A stretch of 64,000 nt of DNA from a virus. Taxonomy: Duplodnaviria; Caudoviricetes. Below, piece after piece: positions 46,510-55,030 of this stretch; within the stretch, counting starts at the first letter, position 1; every line of letters starts with the position of its first letter. Under the pieces are notes generated by a model. It was not told where the DNA came from. It searched no databases and was given only the letters and a program-made list of their open reading frames with translations. The stretch is taken from the IMG/VR virus record IMGVR_UViG_3300011116_001229; one strand, 5' to 3'. The translations under genes were made by a program, and so were the position numbers.

Positions 46510-47706
46510 ATGCGTCTAGACAACAAAACTCAAAAATTGCACAGCGTAATCAAATACAAGGCATATACATCTCTCCTTGAGGGAAGAATCACTCAGAAAG
46601 AGTACAATATGCTCTCTGAGATCGGTTTTCTCGACAAGATCAAATCTTTTTTTGGTGGCGGAGTTGATGTCAGCAAGGACCTGGGCAAATTATTTTCTAA
46701 CAAGGTTGCACAGCGTCAATTAACAGCAGCAAAAGATGCAATTACGAAAGCTGTTCAAGATTTAAGAAAAGTTGCAGGTGAAGCTGGCGTTGATGAAGAC
46801 ACAATCAATGAGTTTTTGATGGGCGTCTTTAAGAGTGCTGATATTGATCCTGCCGAGGTAGCATCAGCAGGCAAGGGCGGCGGTGAGGACAAGGGCGGAG
46901 AGAGCGCAGCAGGAGAGGCTCCAAGTGGCACGCCAGTCAGCGCTGCAGCTATTGAAAAGAACCCTGCAGTTATTACAAGGATAGTTGCTGACGTCACTGG
47001 CAAAGATGAAGAGAAAGTCGCAGCTGAGATCGAGAAGAAGAAGCCCGATGTCGCTGCTCTGTCAGCTGTTCTTGGCAACGCAATCGGTAAAAATGTTGGT
47101 GTTGATGGAAAGATCGTTACAGACGTCGTCAAGGCTCTGATTGACAAGGGACATCTTAAGCTTGAGAACGGAAATCGTCTCACTCTCCGCGGATTAATGA
47201 GCTTTATTAATGAAGTAAATGAGTTAAACAATCAGTATGATCTCATGGAAAGATGGCAGAAACTTGCAGGTGTAAGAACTGGTGTAATGTTAGAGGGTCG
47301 AACAGGAGACATTCTAAAAGACATAAAAGCGAAAAAAATAAAGTCTGTAGAAGAGCTTGAAGCAAGAATTAAGCAGGCTACTGCCGATGGTCAAGGTGGT
47401 CAAGTTCTTAAAAGAAAAGATGAGATTATGTCTGCATTTAAAGAAATTAATCCAGACGTCAAGCCTCAAGATGAGAAAAAAATTGATACAGCAATTCAGG
47501 ACGCAGGAAAAGATGCGCCCGCAGGCGGTGATAAGAAAGAAATTTCACCTGAAGATCAAAAGAAAGCTGAAGAAGTCAAGAAAGAGTTTGGACCTGCTTT
47601 CAAGGATGTCCGAGCTGTTATCGATCCCAAGAAGGTCGATGATACAACTTTAGCCAAGGTGATAGGTGCAATTGACGGCTTTAAGTCTGTTTCGATTGCT
47701 GCTTAA
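46510..47706 (+). CDS. Hypothetical protein with repeated LxE motifs; candidate processed head protein
   Basis: LLEGR, MLSE, LMERWQKLAG, MLEGR; ATAATTA at 46467-46473. Confidence 0.55.
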   Translation: MRLDNKTQKLHSVIKYKAYTSLLEGRITQKEYNMLSEIGFLDKIKSFFGGGVDVSKDLGKLFSNKVAQRQLTAAKDAITKAVQDLRKVAGEAGVDEDTINEFLMGVFKSADIDPAEVASAGKGGGEDKGGESAAGEAPSGTPVSAAAIEKNPAVITRIVADVTGKDEEKVAAEIEKKKPDVAALSAVLGNAIGKNVGVDGKIVTDVVKALIDKGHLKLENGNRLTLRGLMSFINEVNELNNQYDLMERWQKLAGVRTGVMLEGRTGDILKDIKAKKIKSVEELEARIKQATADGQGGQVLKRKDEIMSAFKEINPDVKPQDEKKIDTAIQDAGKDAPAGGDKKEISPEDQKKAEEVKKEFGPAFKDVRAVIDPKKVDDTTLAKVIGAIDGFKSVSIAA

Positions 47707-47765
47707 TATCACACTTACTTGATACTTGAAGCGCCTAACAAGTTACAATACTTTTAGGCGCTTTT

Positions 47766-48548
47766 ATGTATTTGCGAAAAGATTTACACAAAGATGGACT
47801 GACTATTTGCGGTGACTGCACTGATCCTGACGTTCTTGCTGAAGTCAAAACTTACCTTGAAAGTCAAGGTCAAGGAAAAGCAGCATTGATCTATGCTGAT
47901 CCACCTTACGGTAATATCTTAGATGAAAAATGGGATAAAACCAAGCTTAATGAAAAGCAATTTGCGTCCTGGATGATCGATTGGTCAAAACAGTGGTGCG
48001 ATGTTCTTGAAGACGGCGGCGCTTTTTATGTGTGGGGCGGTGTAGGTAAAAGAAATTTCCGTCCCTTCTTTCAATACATGCTTGACGCCGAAACTGACTC
48101 ATTCCAGTTAGCCAATCTAATTACGTGGAAAAAGAAGCGTGCATACGGTGTACCCAGAAATTATATCTTCACACGAGAAGAGCTTGCTTATTTCGTTAAA
48201 GGTCGCGCTGATAGACCTCGAAAATTTAACATTCCTTACCTGGATGACAAGCGAGGTTATGCAGGATACAACAAGAAATATCCTGCCAAGAGTGAATTTT
48301 ATCGTAGAACAAACGTGTGGACTGACATTACTGAGATCTTCAAAGGCAAAGTTCACCCTACGGAGAAACCTACAAGACTTGCTCAGATTCCTATCGAAAT
48401 TCACACAGAGCAAGATGAATATGTGATTGACATGTTTGCAGGAAGCGGTTCCACAGCTCATGCTGCAAGACTGCTAGGAAGAAAATTCATTCTTGTAGAA
48501 AAAGATCCAGCGTACTATGATAAAATTATTGACTCTTTAAAAATTTAA
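47766..48548 (+). CDS. DNA amino-methyltransferase (N6A/N4C), beta class
   Basis: DPPY precedes HPTEKP and DMFAGSGST. Confidence 0.9.
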   Translation: MYLRKDLHKDGLTICGDCTDPDVLAEVKTYLESQGQGKAALIYADPPYGNILDEKWDKTKLNEKQFASWMIDWSKQWCDVLEDGGAFYVWGGVGKRNFRPFFQYMLDAETDSFQLANLITWKKKRAYGVPRNYIFTREELAYFVKGRADRPRKFNIPYLDDKRGYAGYNKKYPAKSEFYRRTNVWTDITEIFKGKVHPTEKPTRLAQIPIEIHTEQDEYVIDMFAGSGSTAHAARLLGRKFILVEKDPAYYDKIIDSLKI

Positions 48549-48595
48549 GCAGTCGTATGCGTACAAGAGCTAATTATAGAACGAATGGGCTGTCA

Positions 48596-49120
48596 ATGAA
48601 AATGTCACTCTTGTTGAATGACGATTACACACCCTTAAATTTTGTCTCTCCAATTCGTGCTTTGACGCTTTTATTTAGAGGAAGTGCTGAAGTTGTATCT
48701 GTTGATGGTCCAAGCATGTGGGATATCACATATGCAACTACTAGCAGAGAGTATAAAGCTCCAGCAACTTTGCGTCTGAAAAGAAGAGTCCCAAGAATTG
48801 AGGTACCGCCTCGCTTTCGAAGAAAAGCTCTGTTCAATAGAGATAATTGGCAGTGTCAATATTGTGGCGTTGATCTAGATGATGACACTGTTACAATTGA
48901 TCACATTATTCCAAAGACGCGAGGTGGTCCAAGGTCTTGGAAAAATTGTGTTACAGCGTGTAAAAAATGCAATTTAAAGAAGGGTTCAAAAGCTTTGTCT
49001 GAATCGGGTCTTCGTCTTTTAAAGAGTCCTGCTTCGCCAAAGATTCATCACTTTTGGGACATTCGTAAGAAAAATTTTGAGTGGCATTCTGACTGGGTTC
49101 ATTTCTTAAACAACATGTAG
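48596..49120 (+). CDS. HNH endonuclease (McrA-like family)
   Basis: LLLNDDYTPL...RDNWQCQYCG...TIDHIIP..RGG...W.NCVTACKKCN.KKG. Start is 48557, 48596 or 48602. Confidence 0.85.
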   Translation: MKMSLLLNDDYTPLNFVSPIRALTLLFRGSAEVVSVDGPSMWDITYATTSREYKAPATLRLKRRVPRIEVPPRFRRKALFNRDNWQCQYCGVDLDDDTVTIDHIIPKTRGGPRSWKNCVTACKKCNLKKGSKALSESGLRLLKSPASPKIHHFWDIRKKNFEWHSDWVHFLNNM

Positions 49121-49133
49121 ATAATTACTTGTT

Positions 49134-49334
49134 GTGAAAGATACGTCAAATAAGCGCTTGAGATTGCTGCTAAGACAACTTGTTAAAGAAGCTGTATTGG
49201 CTGGGTCTCACCCAGACGAATCTTATAAAAATCAAATGATAGACGACCCTGCTTTTAATGAAAAAAGCGTCTATGTATCTGATGATATCAAAGATGCTAT
49301 AAAGAAATGGCTGAAGGCCATGAAGTTAGATTAA
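49134..49334 (+). CDS. Small hypothetical protein with LRQLVKE motif
   Basis: GTG start 6 nt after ATAATTA. Confidence 0.55.
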   Translation: MKDTSNKRLRLLLRQLVKEAVLAGSHPDESYKNQMIDDPAFNEKSVYVSDDIKDAIKKWLKAMKLD

Positions 49335-49385
49335 TTTTTCAACCTTTTGCGCTCGTTGATATTTAGAAACTAGGAGTGTCTTTGA

Positions 49386-50519
49386 ATGCAACTCAAGCTG
49401 AAGAATCTGCAAGGAATCGTCAAAGAGACGATGAAGAGAGAAAAAGCTGCACATCAGTTAATGAAAGAAGCAGTTGAAGTTTTTGGTCCGACTGTTGAAG
49501 TCTCAAGCGATCCGCGCCGAGTTTTCGCAGCGATCAATGATAAATTAACCGTTATGGAAGCGCGCGGCCAAGATCTGCCAGTTGGATCTTTGAGAGTCTC
49601 AGCATTATTGTCAGCTGCTGAAACTAACAAAGAAGCTAGAAAATTAGCAGCAAGATTACTTCCTGAAAAATATGCTGTTAAATTTTTAACTGATAAAGAC
49701 TCGAGCGTTAGATGCGCAGCAGCAAAGAGGTTTTCTTATGATCAGCTTGCTGAAACGCTGAGAAGATATCCATTCGATGATCAGCTCTTGACTATAGCAC
49801 AGCAAAAGCGTCTTTTTGAAGCAGGAATTCCTACACCAAAATCTGACGATGATCAATTTGATATGTACGGTGACGGTCCTATCGCTGAGATTCTCGATGG
49901 ATATGAACCAGAAGATTTAACAGATGGCTGGTACAAGAGGATGGCTGTTAAGATTTTCAACGATTATAGAGGTAGACTAGACGGTAACTGGAAACACCTA
50001 GCTGTTTCAAGGCTCTGCTCGAGCATATACGCAACGTCTGGCGTCAAAGTCGATTACATGAAACTCACAGAAGAACTCGAAGCAGTGTGTGAGAACTATG
50101 GCTTCCTCAAGGAGGGCTTTGCCTTTGAAGAGACTAAAGAAAGACTTATCTTTGAAGCAGACGAAGCAGAAACTAATGTTATGCCCGTCCTCGATGAGAG
50201 CTTCTTTGCTGATCCTATTAAGGAATTGCTTCGAGAAGGATCTTCAAAAACAAGCTATGTTGACTCTGCAAACAAGCTGTTTAACATTACACATGACTTA
50301 ATAGAAGAATCACTGTACACGGGTGATGTGCAATTAGTTGAAGCTCCTCAATATGGACGACTTCCCGGTGGTTATAATTGGAACTCGTCTGCTGAGAAAG
50401 CTCTTGATAGATACGTAAGTAATTGGAATGAAAGAGCAGACGCGAGAGGCTCTAATTGTAGAATTGCTTGGAATTACGGCTTTAACACAAAAATTAACTT
50501 TTCAGTGGTGGACAAATGA
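49386..50519 (+). CDS. Hypothetical protein with leader motif, LxE sites and a short HEAT-like repeat
   Basis: MQLKLKNLQGIVKE; DKDSSVRCAAAKR; LFEAG, IFEAD, LREGS; ATATTTA and SD AGGAG upstream. Confidence 0.55.
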   Translation: MQLKLKNLQGIVKETMKREKAAHQLMKEAVEVFGPTVEVSSDPRRVFAAINDKLTVMEARGQDLPVGSLRVSALLSAAETNKEARKLAARLLPEKYAVKFLTDKDSSVRCAAAKRFSYDQLAETLRRYPFDDQLLTIAQQKRLFEAGIPTPKSDDDQFDMYGDGPIAEILDGYEPEDLTDGWYKRMAVKIFNDYRGRLDGNWKHLAVSRLCSSIYATSGVKVDYMKLTEELEAVCENYGFLKEGFAFEETKERLIFEADEAETNVMPVLDESFFADPIKELLREGSSKTSYVDSANKLFNITHDLIEESLYTGDVQLVEAPQYGRLPGGYNWNSSAEKALDRYVSNWNERADARGSNCRIAWNYGFNTKINFSVVDK

Positions 50520-51088
50520 ATCTAAAATCTTCTGGAGTAGTTCCTGTAAAGGCTGCAGTTACTGTAGTTGCTGTTGAGCCTAACATTAATATCTTGACAG
50601 ATAATATGATTGCTGAGTGGGGACACGTCCCATATGCAGGCTTGTCAGTCGTCTTATCGCATCTTAAGTATTTGTATGAATTGCATCAGTATCATCACTG
50701 GACTGCAATGGGTGACCCTTTCTACGGAGATCATTTGCTCTTTCAGCGTTTATATGATGGCGTCTCAAAAGAGATTGACATGATTGCTGAGAAAGCTATT
50801 GGTCTAGGCTGCACGACAAATGTTGACCTTCACCTAGTTCATTCTCAAGTTCTAAAATTGATCTCTGGCACTGATTCCGCGACTATGATTCCTCAATCTT
50901 CTGACCTTGCAAGAAAATCTTTGATGGCGGAGACGAATTTCTTAAAAGTGATTGAGCACATTATCTCGCACCTTCAAGAGTGCGGTCTTCTCACCTCAGG
51001 ACTTTCAAATATGCTTGAAGGAATTGCTGACTCTCATGAAGGGCATGTTTATTTGTTAAAGCAGAGAGTCTCTAATCCCCTAGTTTAA
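50516..51088 (+). CDS. dps: Dps / ferritin-like protein
   Basis: HHWTAMGDPFYGDHLLFQRLYD....EIDMIAEK aligns with the Dps ferroxidase H-W..H..D..E motif. Confidence 0.7.
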   Translation: MNLKSSGVVPVKAAVTVVAVEPNINILTDNMIAEWGHVPYAGLSVVLSHLKYLYELHQYHHWTAMGDPFYGDHLLFQRLYDGVSKEIDMIAEKAIGLGCTTNVDLHLVHSQVLKLISGTDSATMIPQSSDLARKSLMAETNFLKVIEHIISHLQECGLLTSGLSNMLEGIADSHEGHVYLLKQRVSNPLV

Positions 51089-51096
51089 GGAACATT

Positions 51097-51789
51097 ATGA
51101 AACTTACAACCTCACAGCTTCGTCAAATTATCAAAGAAGAACTTAATGATATTAATAGCGTCACAAACGATTCTCAGCGTTTCTTGCACGGCTATGAAGA
51201 GAATCATCCTCACGATGACGAAGGTTATATGCTGAAGTCTAATCTGTATTCTATGAAACAGATGGCGGAAGAAGTCTGTGAAATTGTTCAGTCGGATGAT
51301 CAGCTTCCAGGTTGGGTACAAGAACTTTTAGCCGTATCTCATGAGAATCTCTCACACGTGCATCGGTACCTTACAGGCGATGAAGCACTGAGAAAATATT
51401 CTCAGCAGCCACAAATGAAAGAATCTAAACTGAACGAGAGTCATAATCGTATCACTAAAGAAGAGATGGATGCTTGGATGAGAGGTGACTGGGGTTTTGT
51501 TTCAGAAGGGGGCACTATGAAGACCTATGATAACAATACCGACTGGGTGAACGCTGTCTATTCTGATGATCGTACCATTGGACAATTGCTTAATGCTCAT
51601 GATGACATGTCAAAAACCCCCATTCGAGGTTACGACGTGTCCGTATCAAGTTCTGCATTTCAAGATCTTTTACCTTATGAAGATTTGAAGATCAATAATT
51701 TACAAGATCCAAAAATTAATGAAAGAGTCAAAGAACTTGTTTCTGATTTGATAAGCTTGGCTGCTGCTATAGACGAAGACATGATGTGA
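51097..51789 (+). CDS. Hypothetical protein with LRQIIKEE leader
   Basis: MKLTTSQLRQIIKEEL; internal MKESKLNES. Confidence 0.6.
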   Translation: MKLTTSQLRQIIKEELNDINSVTNDSQRFLHGYEENHPHDDEGYMLKSNLYSMKQMAEEVCEIVQSDDQLPGWVQELLAVSHENLSHVHRYLTGDEALRKYSQQPQMKESKLNESHNRITKEEMDAWMRGDWGFVSEGGTMKTYDNNTDWVNAVYSDDRTIGQLLNAHDDMSKTPIRGYDVSVSSSAFQDLLPYEDLKINNLQDPKINERVKELVSDLISLAAAIDEDMM

Positions 51790-51797
51790 ATATCTCT

Positions 51798-51826
51798 TTG
51801 TAAATTCAATCATAAGATGTTATGAT
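51798..51826 (+). promoter_or_regulatory. Sigma70-like promoter
   Basis: TTGTAA-N17-TATGAT with an extended -10 TG; the predicted TSS falls at ATG 51834. Confidence 0.55.
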
Positions 51827-51833
51827 TGAATAC

Positions 51834-52925
51834 ATGCAAAAAACTCTTTGCTTTGATGATGTACTGTTAATTCCTCAATATTCTGAGATTGAGTCAAGAA
51901 AAAATGTTGATCTAACAGTCTCAGGATTTGATGAAAATGCTGCAAAATTAACATGTGCTTTTCAGGCATTGAGATGCCCTATTGTGGGATCTCCTATGGA
52001 CACTGTAATGAGCCCAGACGCTGCTGCTGTGCTGGATCGAGTGGGAGGTTTTGGTATTTTACACCGTTATTGTACAATAACTGAAGCTGTAAAAACGTTC
52101 TTAGACACAATGGAAAAGACGGTCTATGAGGATAATCCTATGCCCAATATTATGTCTGCAGTTGGTGCAACTGGCGATTATCTAGAAAGATCACATGCAC
52201 TTTATGAAGCAGGTTGCCGAGCCTTTTGCATTGATGTTGCTCACGGACATCATGCTTCTGTTAAAACAGCTATCTCTGAAATGCGTCTAAAATTTGGAGA
52301 TGATATCCACATCATGTCTGGAAATGTTGCCACGCTTGAAGCGTTCAATGATCTTGCAGATTGGGGGTCAAACTCGATTCGTGTTGGAGTCGGCGGTGGA
52401 TCCATGTGTTCTACTCGTATTCGAACTGGACATGGAATTCCAACTTTGCAATCTGTGTTAGATTGTGGGAAATCAGATAGAGACGTATTGTTAATTGCTG
52501 ACGGAGGTATTAGAAATAGCGGCGACTTTGTAAAATCACTTGCTGCAGGCGCGGATATGGTGATGCTAGGTTCACTTCTTGCAGGTCACAAAGAATGCCC
52601 AGGCGACGTGATAGATGACAAAGGTTTCATATACCAGAATCTGCCATCGGGCTCTATTAAATTATTTAAAAAATTTAGAGGAATGGCCTCGCGTGAAGCA
52701 CAGCTCAAATGGAGAGGACGTGTTTCTGTCGTTGAGGGAGAGTCAACAGCTGTACCTTACAAGGGACTAATGATGAATACCATCGCTGATCTGCTTGAAG
52801 GAGTTAGGTCAGGCCTGTCTTATTCAGGTGCTAGAACAATTAGAGAGCTACGAAGTAAAGCGAGGTTTGTTTCTGTGACATCGCAGGGAGTACGAGAAAA
52901 TGTACCCCATGGTAAATTGGCTTAA
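51834..52925 (+). CDS. IMPDH / GMP reductase family protein without CBS domains
   Basis: LCFDDVLLIP, SPMDTV, IDVAHGH, GNVAT, RVGVGGGSMCSTR (catalytic Cys), IADGGI, RGMAS, GVRSGLSYSGA. Confidence 0.88.
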   Translation: MQKTLCFDDVLLIPQYSEIESRKNVDLTVSGFDENAAKLTCAFQALRCPIVGSPMDTVMSPDAAAVLDRVGGFGILHRYCTITEAVKTFLDTMEKTVYEDNPMPNIMSAVGATGDYLERSHALYEAGCRAFCIDVAHGHHASVKTAISEMRLKFGDDIHIMSGNVATLEAFNDLADWGSNSIRVGVGGGSMCSTRIRTGHGIPTLQSVLDCGKSDRDVLLIADGGIRNSGDFVKSLAAGADMVMLGSLLAGHKECPGDVIDDKGFIYQNLPSGSIKLFKKFRGMASREAQLKWRGRVSVVEGESTAVPYKGLMMNTIADLLEGVRSGLSYSGARTIRELRSKARFVSVTSQGVRENVPHGKLA

Positions 52926-52946
52926 TTTAAAGATCAATTATTTAAG

Positions 52947-53579
52947 TCATTCTTTTTCACTTGGCCATTTCCCATAAGCCTTGTGTGTCATCCATGCAGC
53001 CGCCGCCGCTGGGTCATCAGCCCAACTTGAAACTTTCTTCATTTTTTGCTTAAATGATTTTGTGCCTCGAAGAATTTTTCGAGCAGTTTTAGCTGATGGT
53101 CCTTTCTTTGACTCACTCATGTTGCAGCCACACGAACCATCAACAGGCATCATGCCGCAGTCTGGGCAAACTTCATCGTTCTGTTCACACCCGCACTTGC
53201 CATCAATTACCATCATGCCACATTCTGGGCACGCTGATTCATCTTCTGCGTTAGCACCTAGCGCATCACCCAGATCAATTTTAATCGTTACTGGATCAAG
53301 CTTGACTGGGTCAACGATAGAAAGCTTAATGGGCTCTTCTTCATATTCCTCACATCCGCAAGATCCGTCCATTATCTGCATTCCACAGTCAGGACAAATT
53401 TCTCCATCATCTTGTTTGTCGCTGTGATCGCAGCCACAAGAATTATCTATGTGCATCATACCGCAGTCCTGACAAACTTCTGATGAGATTTCATTTCGTA
53501 CACCAGCTGGGGCGTCTCCTGCATAAGATCCAATAGGTTCACCAAAAGCCTCTTCTAAAATCTTTTCATATTTGTCCAT
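52947..53579 (-). CDS. Cys-rich repeat protein (four CxxCGM-x3-D-x2-CGC units) with basic C-terminus
   Basis: Repeats at aa 36-50, 62-76, 117-131 and 138-152; ATATTTA 6 nt before the ATG on the minus strand. Confidence 0.7.
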   Translation of the reverse strand: MDKYEKILEEAFGEPIGSYAGDAPAGVRNEISSEVCQDCGMMHIDNSCGCDHSDKQDDGEICPDCGMQIMDGSCGCEEYEEEPIKLSIVDPVKLDPVTIKIDLGDALGANAEDESACPECGMMVIDGKCGCEQNDEVCPDCGMMPVDGSCGCNMSESKKGPSAKTARKILRGTKSFKQKMKKVSSWADDPAAAAAWMTHKAYGKWPSEKE

Positions 53580-53602
53580 AAAACCTAAATATTACGGTCC
53601 CT

Positions 53603-53631
53603 TTGTACTTTACTTCCAATGATTCTAAAAT
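53603..53631 (+). promoter_or_regulatory. Sigma70-like promoter
   Basis: TTGTAC-N17-TAAAAT upstream of the all-alpha pyrophosphatase gene. Confidence 0.5.
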
Positions 53632-53650
53632 ACGATTAAGGAAAAGACAC

Positions 53651-54016
53651 ATGGATAAACTTGACGAGATGTATAACCAGCAGCGAGACTTCAATTATCT
53701 CTTGAGAGATGAAAGAGGTTATCCTGACTTTCCGCTCGATCTAAAAGAAAAGAAGAATCAACAGATTCTTAAGGGGCTTGCGCATGAGTGCATGCATGAA
53801 CTCTTCGAGGCTAATCATCTACTAAAGAATAGCAAGAATCATCGAGTTACCGAAGTAAAAGAATTTGACAGAGAGTCTTACAAAGAAGAACTTGTTGATG
53901 CGCTACATTACTTCTTTGGAATTGTAATCTATAGCGGCATTTCTGCAGAAGAGCTACATGAAGCTTTCATGAAGAAGGGTGCTGTTAACGTGCAACGAGT
54001 GAAGACCGGTTATTGA
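53651..54016 (+). CDS. All-alpha NTP pyrophosphatase (dimeric dUTPase / MazG / T4 gp56-like)
   Basis: HECMHELFEA...K.HR...KEELVDALHYF (ExxE..EExD); ATG 53651 after AAGGA. Confidence 0.8.
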   Translation: MDKLDEMYNQQRDFNYLLRDERGYPDFPLDLKEKKNQQILKGLAHECMHELFEANHLLKNSKNHRVTEVKEFDRESYKEELVDALHYFFGIVIYSGISAEELHEAFMKKGAVNVQRVKTGY

Positions 54017-54960
54017 CTATGACAAAGTGGGACGACTTGCATAATGCTCTAAAAGCTCAGAAATCCTTTTCCGATTATTTTTATGACACTAATCAACTAA
54101 CAAATGAGCAGAAAATTGAAGAACTAAAGACTTTGAGCTTAGCGTTACACTCTGAGATTTCAGAGATGTGCAATGCTGTCAATTACAAAGAGCATCGCAG
54201 AGAATCTCGCGAAACAGACTTGCAGAAGATTCTGTACAAGTCTGCTGATGCTTATCGTTATATTCTTGCTATAGCAAACCTATGGGGAATAACTGCAGAT
54301 AAATTAACATCTGCCTTAGAACAAAAGGACCACTATCTGCACTATAGACATCAACTTCGTGACAAGAGATGGTGCGGAGAACCGATTGTGCTCTTTGATA
54401 TTGACGACGTACTTGCTGAGTTCAGATATGAGTTCTGCAGATTTGTTACAGATCAGACTGGAATCTTCATGGATCCTAACAGCTCAGAGTACTATAACAC
54501 TGTTAAGTTCAAAGAACACGGTCTTAACAGCGAGTATTTCTTTAAAAAATTTATTGACGATCATGGATTTTTGAGATTGGACTTGAACAAGCGTTACTAC
54601 GATTTGTTGACGCGTCTAAAAGCTCGAGGACACTGGGTGCAAATAGTCACTGCACGAGATGCAAGCAATCTCACGTGTTTCTATGACACTTACGCATGGC
54701 TGCATCTCAACAACATTCCAGCAGATGATGTAGTTTTCACGCCCGAGAAATTTGCCTGGTTGGCAGGCCAAGATTTCTATAAGACAGCTCGATTATTTGC
54801 TGTTGATGATTCAGCAAAGCATGCATCTGAATACGCTAAGCATGGCGTGACTTGCGTTGTTCCAAAAAAATCTTACAATGTTGAAGTAAAAAATGTCAAG
54901 GGTGTCATCTACATCGAAGACAGCGACGATATTTTTGCTAAAATTAACACTATCCTTTAG
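54013..54960 (+). CDS. Fusion: degenerate all-alpha NTP-PPase domain plus HAD 5'-nucleotidase
   Basis: ALHSEISEM..NYKEHR...YKSADAYRY; then LFDIDDVL, IVTAR, PEK and AVDDS HAD motifs I-IV. Confidence 0.75.
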   Translation: MTMTKWDDLHNALKAQKSFSDYFYDTNQLTNEQKIEELKTLSLALHSEISEMCNAVNYKEHRRESRETDLQKILYKSADAYRYILAIANLWGITADKLTSALEQKDHYLHYRHQLRDKRWCGEPIVLFDIDDVLAEFRYEFCRFVTDQTGIFMDPNSSEYYNTVKFKEHGLNSEYFFKKFIDDHGFLRLDLNKRYYDLLTRLKARGHWVQIVTARDASNLTCFYDTYAWLHLNNIPADDVVFTPEKFAWLAGQDFYKTARLFAVDDSAKHASEYAKHGVTCVVPKKSYNVEVKNVKGVIYIEDSDDIFAKINTIL

Positions 54961-55030
54961 CGCGAGAACGTGTTATACTTTACAGACTGCTCGACTAATA
55001 ATTGCAGCTTGACTCAAACTTGGAGAAATT

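Noticed and set aside
47766-49120. Type II restriction-modification pair (MTase plus HNH)
   Set aside because: Adjacency only. The HNH belongs to a widespread stand-alone McrA-like family, and orphan MTases are common in phages.
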